DNA of 63,503 nucleotides, the filler included, from Craspedostauros australis (Eukaryota), in assembly GCA_030167865.1 (NCBI GenBank). It is 18 parts of 18 records of this genome, joined end to end, with 100 filler letters (N's around TTAATTAATTAA, not from the genome) between each part and the next. Parts side by side here need not be neighbours in the genome. Positions count along the whole stretch, not along the records: positions 56,246 to 62,023 come from JALAGF010001827.1; positions 62,124 to 63,503 come from JALAGF010001829.1; 16 more parts are not named here. One strand, given 5' to 3'. The notes beneath the pieces were generated by a model, which had not been told where the DNA came from, ran no database searches, and saw only the letters and a list, made by a program, of their open reading frames with translations. This document shows positions 61,341 through 63,503 of this stretch, one piece after another. Position 1 is the first letter of the stretch. The number at the start of each line of letters is the position of its first letter. The translations under genes and the position numbers were made by a program.

Positions 61341-63336
61341 GGAAGACGACAAGAGGGATTGTGTCTGAATGCGTAACTGCATGAGAGGCAAACGCAAGTG
61401 CAGACGCGAGGATAACCTGACACCATGAGACCAGTACACCCTTCACACGGTTGTGTGCTCTGCGATTCTCTGCGAGTGGTTCTAGTTGCAGTATTCTGGA
61501 AGTGTCCGAAACGACGTCATCGCTGCGTCGGACATGATCAGTATCCAAAGATCTCCTCATCTTCATTGCCAACATCGTCGTACATCTCCATTTTCTGACG
61601 ACGCCACGAACGCGACTGAATGGATCCAGTTTCTTCTGCTGCTCCCGCTGTCGTCATTGGCGACGATGACCCGGAGAAGGATGCCACAACAGAAGGCAAT
61701 CCCAGCATCGATTGGGCTCTGCGGAACATATCGCTGATTCCCGATCTGCTTTGCCGCGATGGTGCAACATTGCGTATCAGCCCGTCCCCTGACGACGGCG
61801 AGGACGCCGTGGTTGACGATGAAATCGAGGACGATTGGTCGATCCACAGTATGGATCCGTGCGATAATCGTCCACCGCGCTTCAGCACGACGCCGGTAGC
61901 ATCGTTGATGCCCGATCGATTGCGTCCCCAGAGCCGGCAATTCATTCGCAACGTGACCATTTGCAGCACCTCGTCTGGATCGTACCAAGCATCGCTCTTG
62001 CGCACCTCGAGTCTGGGGTAGGANNNNNNNNNNNNNNNNNNNNNNNNNNNNNNNNNNNNNNNNNNNNTTAATTAATTAANNNNNNNNNNNNNNNNNNNNN
62101 NNNNNNNNNNNNNNNNNNNNNNNTGTGCAAAGCAGTAGGCAAGCCGCTGTGGAGGTAGTCAGCGACAGCAAACATGAGAAGATGCTGCTGTGCCATAATT
62201 AACTCATCTATTTTGATATCACAATGGTTATAACTGTTAAATCATGCACCGACGGTGCTTTGATTCCACCTCGTTTATTCAACGTGATAGCATGCTGCAG
62301 GAACGGAGTGAAGCCAAGTGATGGCTAGTGTGTGCAAGGTGATATTGTGAGACTGTTGGCTGCCGTTGCAGACAGGTGGTTCGATCACGAGCTTGGGTCA
62401 CCGTCCTTTCGCCGATACAACTGGAGCATCGAATTGACGAGCACTTTCGGAGCTTGGGGGCGGCGTCTCCGAGGCCTGATATCATAGCTTGGGTCCAGCC
62501 AGACAGTGCCGCCGTTTGATGTGAAGGGGGAGGCCGCTCCCAAAGGGTTCGGAGCACCGCTGGGACGTCCGCAGGCGGTAGTGCTTGGAGCTGTAGGGCT
62601 TGTTCCTGGAGGAGTGCAATCATGTCATCTGCCATCTGCTCCGCCTTTGCTGAGTTGCGATCTTGCCATTGCTCCAGGGCTGTGTGCCAGAGTAGATTAG
62701 TAACACTGGCCTGCCAGTCACATAGAAGGCAGAGTGCTCATCGGTGCGCTTGCTGGCCCATGGGAGGCGCATGCTCATGCCAAAGGGAGGCCCATCCGCC
62801 CCATACTATGGCCGTCCATCCTACTGCCGCCTGCTGTAGCTGAATATGTTTGGTGGGCGAATCACGGATGCCGGAAGGGGGGATGCCACCTGTGGAAACG
62901 CGGACGAGCGCTGTGCACAGAAGCTGGGCAACTGGAGAAGGAGTGGTGGGCGGTCGCACATGTCATGAGTTGCTCAGCGATGATGATGAGGATAGTAGAG
63001 GTGGCTACCTCGTGGCGGCGTTGGAGGAAAGAGGAACAATCCATTATGATAAAGCAGATGCCAATACTATAAAAGGAAACGCTAATCATACTACAATTCT
63101 TGGAACAAGCTATATGACAGAAGGGCACAGCGTGCATGAAAGGAGATGGACAAATGACACATGTCAATGGTATAAACAAGGGAGGAAGTAGAGGGTAGCA
63201 CGACGATACATGCACAACAGAGGTTATGAAAACTGATGCCAACGCATGCGAGGGAGGAAATCACAAAAAACTCCCAAATTGCCGTTGGAGGAGCGATTTG
63301 AGAGGAAGACNCGAGATGAGATCTCGACGAAAAGTG

Positions 63337-63384
63337 GGAGTTGAGTTATGAACGCTCTTTTTGGGGCGTTCATAACTCAACTCC
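63337..63384. repeat. Perfect 19-bp inverted repeat with 10-nt loop
   Basis: GGAGTTGAGTTATGAACGC-TCTTTTTGGG-GCGTTCATAACTCAACTCC. Confidence 0.9.
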
Positions 63385-63503
63385 AGGATTTCATAATTTT
63401 TTCGATTGACGTTATATGCTCGTTTCGGTCTTGGTCACCCCCTGTTCGAAAGGTATCTTGTGTTCATAATGGAGTGATCTGATTGGCTTAGAAGCCGATA
63501 TTA

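Noticed and set aside
13497..62123. Regularly recurring TTAATTAATTAA flanked by Ns
   Set aside because: Identical 100-nt synthetic spacer with stops in all six frames. It is an assembly or concatenation artefact, so apparent gene clusters across spacers are not real neighbourhoods.

Overview
Eukaryotic nuclear DNA, most likely from a diatom or related stramenopile (inferred from CoDi-type Copia pol motifs, diatom-style gene families and GT-AG introns). The window is not contiguous. It is 18 separate segments joined by 17 identical artificial 100-nt spacers (44 N + TTAATTAATTAA + 44 N), so gene neighbourhoods only mean something inside one segment. Host-type genes: a three-exon, C-terminally truncated ESCRT-III Snf7/CHMP4 paralog, a membrane-anchored TylF/MycF O-methyltransferase, a 2OG-Fe(II) oxygenase, a stand-alone STAND/AAA_16 ATPase, two ankyrin proteins (one ankyrin-BTB), Cwf18, a bacterial-like putative methyltransferase and a ~1646-aa ArfGAP-like/DENN/IQ protein. 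Mobile DNA: two diverged Sola3-like DDD transposases, a 2.15-kb PIF/Harbinger-like TIR element with a 3-bp TSD plus the end of a relative, Copia pol, gag, RNase H and LTR pieces, a mariner-like transposase with D-38-D spacing, and three copies of an LTR ending in non-canonical AACT, one followed by an 18-nt initiator-tRNA-type PBS. The best leads for novel biology are the ankyrin-BTB protein whose 17 near-identical repeats vary mainly at binding-face positions, the AACT-LTR retroelement family, the Sola3-like family and the pseudo-ArfGAP/DENN/IQ fusion. All family assignments come from motif recognition by eye; no database searches were run.
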